Below are positions 17,547 to 27,422 of a stretch of DNA of 64,000 nt, piece by piece; position 1 is the stretch's first letter; each line of letters begins with the position of its first letter. The notes below the pieces were generated by a model. The model did not search any database. It was given only the letters and a program-made list of their open reading frames with translations, and had not been told where the DNA came from. The stretch is taken from positions 1 to 64,000 of IMG/VR virus record IMGVR_UViG_3300044691_000429. One strand, written 5' to 3'. Origin of the DNA: a virus. A program made the translations under genes and the position numbers.

Positions 17547-18301
17547 GCCGCTCGGTCACCTGCCGCCAGCCCGCCTACGACGCCGTATTCACGTTCATCC
17601 GATCGCTCCCGAGCAGCGACATCGCACGCAACGGCGTGATCTGGCAGGCCGTCACCTCCGCGCTCGACGCGGCGAACGTCCCCGACTGCCAGGCCGCCGG
17701 GCACGACAGCGGCAGCCACATCGACGAGACCGGCCCGAATACCGAGTACCGGAACTTCTCCCGAGGCGTCCCCGGGGAACTGCCCCCGAGGTGGATCGCC
17801 ACCGAACTGCTCGCCGACCCGCCCATCGATCTCTCCAGCATCCTCGGCGACTACCAGCGCTACGCCGATGAGATGGACACGCATGCTGCGGCCGTTGAAG
17901 GCTTCACCGTCACCGCCAACGTCCCGGCCGCTCTGCGTGGCCCCAACCGCCCCCGGCCGGAGGAAGACCCGTCACCGCTGCGGAAGCTCGCCGAGCAGGC
18001 GCTCGCCGAAGGCGGACCGCTCCCCGGGGTGCGGCCGTTCGCTGAGGTGATGGCGAACACCGACCGAGTCCCCGATGTCCTACTCCCAACCCACGGACGC
18101 CCCAGCGCAGACGGGCTCTACGAGCAGGTCATGGCCACGTTCGGCGGGCCGCTGCCGCAGGATCGGCCCCCGCTCTGCCCGTGCGGGGCGCAGCGACTTG
18201 CCGGGCGGGTCGTCCACAACGCGGGCTGCTGGTGGATGAACGACCCGGCACCGCTGCGCGCCATCGCCGAAGGCGGCTCGCTCCCCGATGAGACATCGTG
18301 A
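17543..18301 (+). CDS. Hypothetical protein
   Basis: AAGGAG RBS, GTGA coupling. Confidence 0.6.
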   Translation: MSRSVTCRQPAYDAVFTFIRSLPSSDIARNGVIWQAVTSALDAANVPDCQAAGHDSGSHIDETGPNTEYRNFSRGVPGELPPRWIATELLADPPIDLSSILGDYQRYADEMDTHAAAVEGFTVTANVPAALRGPNRPRPEEDPSPLRKLAEQALAEGGPLPGVRPFAEVMANTDRVPDVLLPTHGRPSADGLYEQVMATFGGPLPQDRPPLCPCGAQRLAGRVVHNAGCWWMNDPAPLRAIAEGGSLPDETS

Positions 18302-18606
18302 TCGTCGTCCGCGTCCAAGACCCCACCGGGGATCACATCGAACCGCCGCTCGATGAGGGGTGGGACGCCTTCACAAAGCTGCGCTGGAAAGCGGCCGTCA
18401 CCGCGCACGACACGGGACTGACCGTGGACGTAGAGGAGGGCGCCCTGCGCGACGACAGCGGCAACCCGGTGCCCGGTTGGTACGGCATCGGTGTCGGCCG
18501 GTCCGGTGCCGCCGCGTTCGACTTCCACTCCGCGTGGACCTACCTGAACGGGGTCAGCGCTGGCGCCCAGGACCCCCGTGTCCGACCCGAGGAGCCCACC
18601 CCGTGA
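18298..18606 (+). CDS. Hypothetical protein
   Basis: GTGA coupling. Confidence 0.6.
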   Translation: MIVVRVQDPTGDHIEPPLDEGWDAFTKLRWKAAVTAHDTGLTVDVEEGALRDDSGNPVPGWYGIGVGRSGAAAFDFHSAWTYLNGVSAGAQDPRVRPEEPTP

Positions 18607-18998
18607 GCAGCACCTACAACGCGATCTGCCTCAGCCACGACCCGGGCATCGTCCTCGGCCCCGACTTCACCTACGAGGAAGCCAACAGCCTCAAGAGCCG
18701 CGACCGGCTGACCGGCCACGAGACCTGCGACATCGTCATCGGCCGCTACTCGTACCCGCTGGTCGAAGCGGCGTGCCTCGGCCGCCAGCTGCCCGGTCCG
18801 ACCGGCTGCAAGGGCTACCACTCCGGCGTCGAGTGGATCGACCGGGACTGGCTCCGCCTCCTCGCAGCGGCCACCACGCCGCCCAACTCGGTCGACCCGG
18901 AACTGCTCCGGCCGCTGGTCCAGGGCTGCTGGCCACTGGAACGGCTGCACCGGCTCCGCGGCGAACTCCAACTGCCCGCCACCAAGGACCCCGCATGA
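18603..18998 (+). CDS. Hypothetical protein (SSTYNAICLSHDP...GRYSYPLVE)
   Basis: GAGGAG RBS, coupling. Confidence 0.65.
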   Translation: MSSTYNAICLSHDPGIVLGPDFTYEEANSLKSRDRLTGHETCDIVIGRYSYPLVEAACLGRQLPGPTGCKGYHSGVEWIDRDWLRLLAAATTPPNSVDPELLRPLVQGCWPLERLHRLRGELQLPATKDPA

Positions 18999-19305
18999 CA
19001 CCCACCACCTCCGCCGACCGGCGCCGCGTCCTGCGATCCCACCTCGAACCCCAACCCGACCTCGGCCGCTACCTCAAGGTAGAAGGCTACGAATTCTGCA
19101 CCAGCTACTTCTCCTGACCCCACGAAAGGACTGACCGATGAAGCTCCCCGGCGGCGGCTACGCCCCGAAGGGCGACGGCACCAAACCCGGCACGCCCCCC
19201 ATCGAACCGGCCGGAGCCAGCAGCGCGAATGCGGGCCCCGCACCCGCCAGTACCTGCGCATGTGGCAGTCCCTGCGACCACACGCCGAACCAGGAGGACT
19301 GACCC

Positions 19306-19635
19306 GTGACCGCTCTTCTCGTCAGCGATGCCCGGACCTGGGAAGCCACCAGGAAGAACGACCCGAAGAAGTCCGGGCAGTTGCTCGGCTGGCTCGCCGC
19401 CAACGGCATCGACCCTCGCGAAGCCTCATCCGACCACCCGATCACGATCGAGAACGACGGAACCCGACCCGTCATCCGGTACACCGTGTACCTGCGGAAC
19501 GCCGCCGGACGCATCTACGAAGACCCGGCCACGAACAACGCCGCATGCGAGGAACGCGCCACCCCGCTCACTGTGCCGCTGCCCGACACCTGGCCGCAGC
19601 GCGTCGGGCCCGTGACGCCCAAGCCCACCCCGTGA
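19306..19635 (+). CDS. Hypothetical protein
   Basis: AGGAGG RBS. Confidence 0.6.
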   Translation: MTALLVSDARTWEATRKNDPKKSGQLLGWLAANGIDPREASSDHPITIENDGTRPVIRYTVYLRNAAGRIYEDPATNNAACEERATPLTVPLPDTWPQRVGPVTPKPTP

Positions 19636-19756
19636 GCGCCATCTGCGCCGCGCTGGCCGCGCTCTTCGCCATCGCCGTACTCGGCCCCCACCTCGGACAC
19701 GAGTTCCGCTACACCACCCCGGCGCGTGCGACGATCAACGTGCAGGAAGGAGCGCC

Positions 19757-20407
19757 ATGAGCGACGACGACGGCATCGACCCATCGAACTCGGCGAACAG
19801 CCCGGACCCATCGAAGCCCCGCTGTTCAGCCCGCACCAGCCGTGGCCCCTGTGGGAACTACCCGGTACAGGGCGCCACTGTCTGCCGGTTCCACGGCGGC
19901 GCAGCACCCCAGGTGAAGGCGGCGGCGGGGAAGCGACTGGCGGTTGCCGAGTGGGCCCGCTCGTTCGGCGCCCCGGCGGAGGATGCCGACCCGTCGCAAA
20001 CGGTGCTGGACGAGATCCGGTGGTCCGCCGGCCACGTGGCGTGGCTGCGTGAGCGGGTCCAGGAGACGGAGCCCGAGGCGCTGGTGTGGGGTGTCGACTC
20101 CGAAGTGGAGAAAGGGGCGGGCGAGTTCACCGGCACCGACACCACCAGGGCGGCCAAGGCCAGCATGTGGGTGCAGTTGTACGGGCAGGAGCGGGACCGG
20201 CTGACGCGCATGTGCGAGGTCGCGCACCGTATGGGTATCGCCGCCCGGCAGGTGGAACTGGCGGAGCGCGTGGGCTCGCTGATGGCGGACCTGATCCGCG
20301 GTGTCCTCGGCGACCTCAGCCTGTCGGAGGAGCAGCAGCTGGTGGCGGCCGTTGCGGTGCCGCGGCACCTGCAGCTCATCGGGGGCGCGCTGGGTGGCGC
20401 TGCCTGA
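19757..20407 (+). CDS. Probable terminase small subunit
   Basis: C-x-A...C...CRFHGG motif; position just upstream of TerL. Confidence 0.75.
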   Translation: MSDDDGIDPSNSANSPDPSKPRCSARTSRGPCGNYPVQGATVCRFHGGAAPQVKAAAGKRLAVAEWARSFGAPAEDADPSQTVLDEIRWSAGHVAWLRERVQETEPEALVWGVDSEVEKGAGEFTGTDTTRAAKASMWVQLYGQERDRLTRMCEVAHRMGIAARQVELAERVGSLMADLIRGVLGDLSLSEEQQLVAAVAVPRHLQLIGGALGGAA

Positions 20408-20622
20408 TGACCGACTGGATTGACCGGATGCTCGCCGATGGGCTGGCCCGCGCCGGGGGCCTGTTCGCTCAGGAGCAGCATCTCGGGCAGCAGTTGTGGA
20501 GCGTCGGCGGGTGGCGCTGCTACGGGCGCATGATGCCCGATGGAAGCGCCTTGACGATCCGGCGTCCCGGGAAGGCGCTGGCCTACGAGATCGTCGGCGT
20601 GGACCTGGACGCCCTGAAGTGA
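20407..20622 (+). CDS. Small hypothetical protein
   Basis: TGATG coupling. Confidence 0.5.
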   Translation: MTDWIDRMLADGLARAGGLFAQEQHLGQQLWSVGGWRCYGRMMPDGSALTIRRPGKALAYEIVGVDLDALK

Positions 20623-20624
20623 CC

Positions 20625-23003
20625 ATGGCGGTGGCTCCGGGGACGCTGCACCGGTACGAGCCTTGGGGTTCGGCGCTTGATTTGATGGAGTGCCGGCTGC
20701 CGCAGGTCTTGCTGTCGGGGCCGGCGGGTACGGGCAAGAGCCGGGCGTGCATGGAGAAGCTGCACCTGATGGCGTTGGCGAACCCGGGGATGCGCGGGCT
20801 GATCGTCCGCAAGACGCGGGAGTCGCTGGGGTCGACGGCGCTGGTGACGTGGCGGGAGCACGTGGCGAAGGAGGCGATCGCCGCAGGCATCGTGTCGTTC
20901 TACGGGGGCTCGGCGGAGGAGCCGCCGCAGTACCGGTACGTGAACGGCTCGAAGATCATGATCGGCGGAATGGACAAGCCGACGAAGATCATGTCTTCGG
21001 AGTACGACGTCGCCTACGTGCAGGAAGCCATCGAGCTGACGACCACCGACTGGGAGAACATCACCACCCGCCTCCGGAACGGCAAGGTCAGCTTTCAGCA
21101 GCTCATAGCGGACGCCAACCCCGACATGCCCAGCCACTGGCTCAAGCAGCACTGCGACCGCGGCACGGCCCGGATGGTCCACTGCCGCCACGAGGACAAC
21201 CCCGTCCTGTTCAACGCCGACGGCACCATGACGGTCAAGGGCGAGGCGTACATGAAGCTCCTGGATGCCCTGACCGGCGTCCGGCTGCAACGCCTGCGCC
21301 ACGGCCGCTGGGTGTCCGCAGAGGGCATGATCTACGAAGGCTTCGATCCCACCATTCACCTGGTCGATCAGTTCCCCATCCCGGACAGCTGGACGCGTTG
21401 GTGGTCGGTGGACTTCGGCTTCACCAACCCGTTCGTCTTGCAGTGCTGGGCTGAGGATCCTGACGGCCGGCTGTACCTCTACCGCGAGATCTACAAGACG
21501 AAGACTCTCGTCGAGGACCACGCGAAGCGGATCCTGCGCGAAGTCACGGCCTGCACCAACTGCTGCGATTCCACGGCCGACAGCCACGACTGCTACGAGT
21601 GCGACCGGTGCGGCAAGACGTGGACCGAACCGAAGCCGCGCGCGATCATCTGCGACCACGACGCGGAGGACCGGGCGACGCTGGAGCGGCACCTGGGCCT
21701 GTCCACCAGCCCGGCGCACAAGTCGGTGTCCGACGGGATCCAGGCCGTCAACACCCGCTACAAGGTGGCCGATGACGGCCGCGCGCGGCTGTTCATCGTG
21801 CGCGGTGCGGTAGTCGAGCGGGACGAGGCGCTCGACGCGGCGAAGAAGCCGTGCTGCACAGAGGAGGAGATCCCGGGTTACGTCTGGGATCGCGGTACTC
21901 CGTCGCAACAACTCGCGGACAAGCCGCCGAAGGAAGTCCCCGTGAAGATCAACGACCACGGGTGCCTCATCGCCGGAACGATGGTGGCCACTCCCGATGG
22001 CGAGCGCCCCATTGAGTCGATACGCGCGGGAGATCTGGTGATGACCCGTCGCGGCGCCCGTTCGGTCGTGGCGGCGGGGATGACTTCGCCGGAAGCCGTC
22101 ACGGTGTCGGTCGCTTTGAGTAATGAAAGGGTCCTGACGGGCACGGGGAATCACCCGGTGTGGGTAGCGGGGAAGGGTTGGATTCGGCTGGATGCGTTGC
22201 GATATGACGATAAGCTGGTTGCATGTCAGACACCGTCGTCTTCCGGGGTATCAGCTTCCGTCGATACCCCGACTCGCCTCATCTCGCCCAGCGGAACTAC
22301 TACACCCCCGGCATTGCTGACCGTAAGCGAGGGGTGCAACACCTCCACATCGAGATCTGGAAAGCTCACCACGGGTGCGCCGTCCCTCCTGGCTGCGAGA
22401 TCCACCACGTCGACCTCAACCCCCTCAACAACGACCTCGCCAACCTGGCCTGCCTCACCGTGGCCGAACACAAGGAAGTCCACCGCGAGCAGGGAAGGGT
22501 ACGCGGACGAACGCCTGAGTTCCGCGCTCACCTTGACCGAATACGACCCCTCACTGTCAACTGGCATCAGTCAGCCGATGGACGCGAGTGGCACAAGCAA
22601 CATGCGGCTGAGCAGGGCCTCGGCCACGGTGAGCAGCGGTCTTCCGTCTGCGATCACTGCGGGGGCGGGTACGAAACCGCCGTTGTCCACCGCCTCGATC
22701 GCTTCTGCTCCAACAAGTGCAAGTCGGCGGCACGCCGCGAGAGCGGAGTCGACAACGAGCAGCGGTCTTGCGCACGATGCGGAACCGAGTTCACCGTCAA
22801 CCGCTACGCCAAGAAGGAATGCTGCGGTCGTGTCTGTGCGCAGCGTCTCCGCGTCGACAGGGCCCGCGCCGGTGTTCAACCTGACGGTCGCTGACCAGCC
22901 GGAGTACTTCGCCAACGGCGCACTAGTCCACAACTGCGACGCAAAACGGTACGTGGTCGCCGAGCTCGACTTGGTCGGCCGGCCGAACATTCGCTGGCTC
23001 TGA
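20625..23003 (+). CDS. terL: Terminase large subunit with intein
   Basis: GPAGTGKS Walker A, YVQEA Walker B, DANP, VDFGFTNP nuclease motif, NDHG|intein|CDAKRY. Confidence 0.95.
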   Translation: MAVAPGTLHRYEPWGSALDLMECRLPQVLLSGPAGTGKSRACMEKLHLMALANPGMRGLIVRKTRESLGSTALVTWREHVAKEAIAAGIVSFYGGSAEEPPQYRYVNGSKIMIGGMDKPTKIMSSEYDVAYVQEAIELTTTDWENITTRLRNGKVSFQQLIADANPDMPSHWLKQHCDRGTARMVHCRHEDNPVLFNADGTMTVKGEAYMKLLDALTGVRLQRLRHGRWVSAEGMIYEGFDPTIHLVDQFPIPDSWTRWWSVDFGFTNPFVLQCWAEDPDGRLYLYREIYKTKTLVEDHAKRILREVTACTNCCDSTADSHDCYECDRCGKTWTEPKPRAIICDHDAEDRATLERHLGLSTSPAHKSVSDGIQAVNTRYKVADDGRARLFIVRGAVVERDEALDAAKKPCCTEEEIPGYVWDRGTPSQQLADKPPKEVPVKINDHGCLIAGTMVATPDGERPIESIRAGDLVMTRRGARSVVAAGMTSPEAVTVSVALSNERVLTGTGNHPVWVAGKGWIRLDALRYDDKLVACQTPSSSGVSASVDTPTRLISPSGTTTPPALLTVSEGCNTSTSRSGKLTTGAPSLLAARSTTSTSTPSTTTSPTWPASPWPNTRKSTASREGYADERLSSALTLTEYDPSLSTGISQPMDASGTSNMRLSRASATVSSGLPSAITAGAGTKPPLSTASIASAPTSASRRHAARAESTTSSGLAHDAEPSSPSTATPRRNAAVVSVRSVSASTGPAPVFNLTVADQPEYFANGALVHNCDAKRYVVAELDLVGRPNIRWL
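21963..22934 (+). other. Class 1 intein (324 aa) in TerL nuclease motif
   Basis: CLIAGTMVATPDG (block A), TGNHPVW (block B), VFNLTV..PEYFANGALVHN/C (blocks F, G). Confidence 0.93.
22223..22894 (+). CDS. HNH endonuclease with C-terminal zinc fingers, nested out of frame in the intein
   Basis: LHIEIWKAHHG...EIHHVDLNPLNNDLANLACL...EHKEVH; CDHC, FCSNKC, CARC, CCGRVC. Confidence 0.88.
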   Translation: MSDTVVFRGISFRRYPDSPHLAQRNYYTPGIADRKRGVQHLHIEIWKAHHGCAVPPGCEIHHVDLNPLNNDLANLACLTVAEHKEVHREQGRVRGRTPEFRAHLDRIRPLTVNWHQSADGREWHKQHAAEQGLGHGEQRSSVCDHCGGGYETAVVHRLDRFCSNKCKSAARRESGVDNEQRSCARCGTEFTVNRYAKKECCGRVCAQRLRVDRARAGVQPDGR

Positions 23004-23046
23004 CCCACCGTAGGGTCACCATCTGTCACACATCTGGGAGGTTGCC

Positions 23047-23214
23047 ATGGGGAAGCTCTTGGCCCACGTACCGAAGAATTTCCTGCCTTTGGCCATCTTG
23101 ACAGGAGGATTTACACTCATCGCTGTAGGCTGCGGGATAATCGGCGGTTTGGGCGTGGGTCTCGTCGTCGGTGGCGTGCTCGCGTGCGTGATGCAGGCGG
23201 TGGCGTACAGCTAG
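23047..23214 (+). CDS. Small hydrophobic protein between TerL and portal
   Basis: GGAGG RBS; 55 aa MGKLLAHVPK...GLVVGGVLACV. Confidence 0.6.
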   Translation: MGKLLAHVPKNFLPLAILTGGFTLIAVGCGIIGGLGVGLVVGGVLACVMQAVAYS

Positions 23215-23227
23215 CAGAGGGGGTCTC

Positions 23228-24700
23228 ATGGGCAGAACGCTCCTGGACCCCCTCCGCAACCTCCGCAACGCCCTCCCGACCCCCGTCCCGTTCACCGCCG
23301 GCTCCGGCTCCCCCGTCGTCAACCTCCCCTGGACGTCCCGCAACGACGCGATATCCCAGATGCGCGCCATGGGCGCCGTCGGTGCGCTCTTCGCGATCGT
23401 GCACCGCACCAGCACCAGCACCGGACAGGTCAACTGGCGCCTGTGGACGAAGTCCAAGAGCGGACTCCCCGAGGACCGCAAGGAAGTCACCCGGCACGTC
23501 GCCCTCGACCTGTGGAACAAGCCGAACGACTACTACGTGCGGCAGGAGTTCGTCGAGACCGAGCAGCAGCACATCGACCTGACCGGCGAGGGCTGGTGGG
23601 TCGTCGGCCGCAGCGGGAAGGCCACGATCCCGCTGGAACTGTGGCCCGTCCGCCCCGACCGCATGGTCCCGGTGCCGCACCCCACGGAATTCCTGTCCGG
23701 GTACATGTACCTGTCGCCCGGCGGGGAGCAGATACCGCTGCTCCGCAACCAGGTCATCCAGCTGCGCATGCCCAACCCGCTGGATCCGTACCGGGGCATG
23801 GGCCCCGTGCAGTCGATCCTCCCCGACCTCGATGCGTCCCGGTACGCGGCGGTCTGGAACCGGAACTTCTTCCTCAACAGCGCCGAGCCCGGCGGCATCA
23901 TCCAGATGGACAAGAGCCTCGATGACCGCGACTTCGACCGGCTGTCCAAGCGCTGGAACGAGCAGCACAAGGGCATCGCCAACGCCCACCGCGTCGCCAT
24001 CATCGAGCAGGGCCAGTGGGTCGACCGGAAGATCACGCAGCGGGACATGCAGTTCGCCGAGCTGCGCACCATCACCTCCGACATGATCCGTGAGGCGTTC
24101 GGCATCCCCAAGTTCGCGGTCGGCGTGATCACGGACATCAACCGGGCCACCGCCGAAGCGGCCAAGGCATGGTTCGCGGAGCAGCTGACCGTGCCGCGCC
24201 TGGAGCGCTTCAAGCAGGCGCTCAACAACGACCTCTTGCCGATGTTCGGGCCGGCCGGCGTCGGCGTCGAGTTCGACTACGACAACCCGGTGCCGCCCGA
24301 CGCGGAGACGCAGAACGCGAAGCTGACCACGCAGGCCGCCGCCGCGAAGCTCCTGCGCGAGGCCGGCTACGACCCCGACGACGTCCTGTCCGTGGTCGGC
24401 CTGCCCGCGATGCGGCACACCACGACCCTCTCCCCCACCCCGACCGGGTTCGCCGAGCAGGCCGCCGCGCTCCTCGCGAAGAACAGCCGCCCGCAGGCTG
24501 CAGCGAAGGAGTGGGTTGTCGAGGCGCATGAAGACGGAGACGTCTGTCAGCCGTGTCACGACAACGACGGCCACACCTACGCCACTCAGGCCGACGCCTA
24601 CGCGGACTACCCGGGCGGCTCCGGCTACATCAAATGCCTCGGCGCGAAGAACTGCCGCTGCAAGATCGTCACACGCGGAAAGGCCAGCGACGATGCCTAA
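23228..24700 (+). CDS. HK97-family portal protein with C-terminal Cys-rich MuF-like domain
   Basis: LTGEGW, LWPVRPDRM, GMGP, FFLNSAEPGG, DMQFAELR, AFGIP; tail VCQPC...NCRC. Confidence 0.93.
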   Translation: MGRTLLDPLRNLRNALPTPVPFTAGSGSPVVNLPWTSRNDAISQMRAMGAVGALFAIVHRTSTSTGQVNWRLWTKSKSGLPEDRKEVTRHVALDLWNKPNDYYVRQEFVETEQQHIDLTGEGWWVVGRSGKATIPLELWPVRPDRMVPVPHPTEFLSGYMYLSPGGEQIPLLRNQVIQLRMPNPLDPYRGMGPVQSILPDLDASRYAAVWNRNFFLNSAEPGGIIQMDKSLDDRDFDRLSKRWNEQHKGIANAHRVAIIEQGQWVDRKITQRDMQFAELRTITSDMIREAFGIPKFAVGVITDINRATAEAAKAWFAEQLTVPRLERFKQALNNDLLPMFGPAGVGVEFDYDNPVPPDAETQNAKLTTQAAAAKLLREAGYDPDDVLSVVGLPAMRHTTTLSPTPTGFAEQAAALLAKNSRPQAAAKEWVVEAHEDGDVCQPCHDNDGHTYATQADAYADYPGGSGYIKCLGAKNCRCKIVTRGKASDDA

Positions 24701-25880
24701 GACCCGAAGCCGGCCGAGCATGCGGCAGTCCCGCGAGTGGTACAGCCTCCGCAACTCCGGTGCGACCACCGCCGAGCTCTACATCTATGACGAGATCGGC
24801 TACTGGGGCACGACCGCGAGCGACCTGGTGGCGGCCCTGTCGGAACTGCGGGGCGTTACCGCCATCGACGTCCACGTCAACTCCCCCGGCGGGGACGTCT
24901 TCGACGGCATCGCGATCATGAATTGCCTGCGGGCGTGCGCCGCGACCGTCACCGTCTACGTGGACGGCATCGCCGCCAGCATCGCCTCCGTCATCGCGAT
25001 GGCCGGCGACCGCATCATCATGGGCCCCCACTCGCAGCTCATGATCCACGACGCGTCCGGGCTGTGCCTGGGCAACGCCGAGGACATGACCGAGATGGCC
25101 ACGATGCTGAACTTCCAGTCCGACAACATCGCCGCCGTGTACGCCGAACGGACGGGCGGCACGGTGGAGGACTGGCGGGCGAAGATGTCCGTCGAGTCCT
25201 GGTACACCGCCGAGGAGGCGGTGGCTGCGGGGCTGGCCGATGAGGTGGCGCAGCGCCCCGCACCCGCTGCGCCCGGCGTGCCGATGGACAAGGCGTGGGA
25301 CCTCACGATGTTCGCCTACGCCGGCCGGGAGAAAGCCCCGGCGCCTGTCGTCGCGAAGGCTCCACCGGAGACGGTTGAAGTGAAGCCGGCCGTAGGCGAG
25401 CACGTCCTGACCCCGGCCGACGTGAAAGCCGCCGCTCCGTCCGAGCAGGCCAAGCCGGCGCTCACGATCAACATCGCGGAAGCTCTCGACGCGGAAACCG
25501 TCGAAGCGCTGCGGGCCGCGGTGCGCGATCGGGGCGCTGCCGCGGCCGTCGCAGAGTTCGGTATCTCTTTCACCTCCGAAGGCGTCCCGATCGAGCCCGT
25601 GGGGACGGGGCCGGACGGGACCGCCGCCGGCCAGGAGCCTCCCCCCGCGCCTGAGTCGGCGGCGCCCACCGAGCCCGAGGCCGCAGAGGCCCTCCTGGTC
25701 GTGCCCGGCGAAGACATCGCCACCCCGGAGACCGAACCGGCACCCGTCATCGAGCCCGAGCTCGAAGAAGAGCCCGAGCGACCCGACTCGTGGGCGGCAG
25801 CCGTCGCCCGCCTCACCACACCCCCCGCAGAGCCCACCGTGGGCGACCTGCTCGCTGCCCTCAGGGAGGCATCGCTGTGA
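24693..25880 (+). CDS. ClpP-like prohead protease with acidic/Pro-rich extension
   Basis: IYDEIG, NSPGGDVFDG, DGIAASIASVIAMAGD, MIH. Confidence 0.93.
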   Translation: MPKTRSRPSMRQSREWYSLRNSGATTAELYIYDEIGYWGTTASDLVAALSELRGVTAIDVHVNSPGGDVFDGIAIMNCLRACAATVTVYVDGIAASIASVIAMAGDRIIMGPHSQLMIHDASGLCLGNAEDMTEMATMLNFQSDNIAAVYAERTGGTVEDWRAKMSVESWYTAEEAVAAGLADEVAQRPAPAAPGVPMDKAWDLTMFAYAGREKAPAPVVAKAPPETVEVKPAVGEHVLTPADVKAAAPSEQAKPALTINIAEALDAETVEALRAAVRDRGAAAAVAEFGISFTSEGVPIEPVGTGPDGTAAGQEPPPAPESAAPTEPEAAEALLVVPGEDIATPETEPAPVIEPELEEEPERPDSWAAAVARLTTPPAEPTVGDLLAALREASL

Positions 25881-27325
25881 TCGGAACCAAGCCCACCCCC
25901 GGGCAGCGCCACAAGCTCCACCGCATGGGCGTCAGTGCCCGCCGCGTCGGCCGCACCTTCAACCGGGCGACGCTGCCGGTGCCGAAGAACGCCGCCGAGC
26001 TCGAAGAGATGCTCAACGACGGCGCCAAGTCGCAGGAGATCCTCAAGGACAAGGAGTCCCTGAAGAACTTCATCACCGACTACGCCAAGGAGCAGCAGGG
26101 CGACGGCACCGAGCTGCGGCGCACCATCACCGACGAGACCACGCGCGTCCTGACGCAGATGCTGAAGGAGAAGGAGGTCTCCGACAAGGAAGCCGACGGC
26201 ATCCGCCGCCTGAACCTGGACCCGCAGACTCGCCCGGTCAACATGCTGACCAGCCACCGGCAGGCCGCGGCGTACAACCCGAAGGCCAGCGGTGCGGTCC
26301 TCGACAAGGAGTTCAAGTCGGCGGCGGAATTCTTCGCGACCGCCTGGCACCTGAACCCGAACCCCGAGGCGCGCGGGCGGATGGAGTCGCTCCGCAACGC
26401 GTACAGCAGCACGGTTCCGGCCGACGGCGGGTTCCTCGTCCCGGAGACGCTGCGGTCCCAGCTGCTCCAGATCGCGCTGGAGATGGCCATCATCCGGCCG
26501 CGCGCGACGGTCGTCCCGATGGAGACGGCCCGCGTGCCGTTCCCGATGATCGACGTCACGAGCAACCAGCTCTCCGTCTTCGGCGGGATGGTGGCCTTCT
26601 GGGGCGAGGAGGGCGCGGCCCTCATCGACTCCTCGGCGAAGTTCGGGCGGGTCGTCCTGGACGCGAAGAAGCTGACGGGCCTGAGCATCGTCCCGAACGA
26701 GCTGCTCACCGACTCGCTGCTGTCGTTCGCGGCGCTGATCGAGGCGCTGTGGCCGAAGGCGCTGGCGTTCTACGAGGACATCGGTTTCCTGACCGGGTCC
26801 GGCGTCGGCGAGCCGCTCGGCGCGCTCGGCAACCCGGCGACCGTCGCTGTCGCTGCCGAGTCCGGCCAGGCGTCTGGCACCATCCAGCTCGAAAACATCA
26901 TCAAGATGTACGCCCGCATGCTCCCGAGCTCGCTGGGCCAGGGCGTGTGGCTGGCCACCCCCGAGGCGTTCCCGCAGCTCATGACCATGGCACTGTCGGT
27001 GGGCACCGGCGGCTCCGCGGTCATGCTCACCAACGCCGCCGGGCCGGCGCCGATGACCGTCCTCGGCCGCCCGCTGATCATCACCGAGAAGGCCAAGCAG
27101 CTCGGCGCGCAGGGCGACCTCGCGTTCGTCGACCTCTCGTATTACCTCGTGGGCGACCGCCAGCAGATGACCGCGGCCAGCAGCACGGACTACAAGTTCG
27201 GCAACGACCAGACCGCGTTCCGCCTGATCGAGCGTGTCGACGGCCAGCCGTGGATCAAGTCCCCGATCACCCCGCAGAACGGCGGACCGGCCCTGTCCCC
27301 CTTCGTGGAGCTGGCTGCCCGCTAA
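25877..27325 (+). CDS. Major capsid protein (HK97 fold)
   Basis: DGGFLVPE, WGEEG, AKKLTG, GSGVGEPLG, LGRP, FRLIERVDG. Confidence 0.93.
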   Translation: MIGTKPTPGQRHKLHRMGVSARRVGRTFNRATLPVPKNAAELEEMLNDGAKSQEILKDKESLKNFITDYAKEQQGDGTELRRTITDETTRVLTQMLKEKEVSDKEADGIRRLNLDPQTRPVNMLTSHRQAAAYNPKASGAVLDKEFKSAAEFFATAWHLNPNPEARGRMESLRNAYSSTVPADGGFLVPETLRSQLLQIALEMAIIRPRATVVPMETARVPFPMIDVTSNQLSVFGGMVAFWGEEGAALIDSSAKFGRVVLDAKKLTGLSIVPNELLTDSLLSFAALIEALWPKALAFYEDIGFLTGSGVGEPLGALGNPATVAVAAESGQASGTIQLENIIKMYARMLPSSLGQGVWLATPEAFPQLMTMALSVGTGGSAVMLTNAAGPAPMTVLGRPLIITEKAKQLGAQGDLAFVDLSYYLVGDRQQMTAASSTDYKFGNDQTAFRLIERVDGQPWIKSPITPQNGGPALSPFVELAAR

Positions 27326-27422
27326 CCCTCTCGGCCGGCGCCGGCAATCGACCCCCGGCGCCGGAGTTCGACCGGTCCGGCAGCGCCGCCCCGGACCGCA
27401 CCACAAGCGAAAGGCACGACCC

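Noticed and set aside
22226-22860. Ser/Thr-rich mucin-like domain in TerL
   Set aside because: By-product of the HNH coded in the other frame
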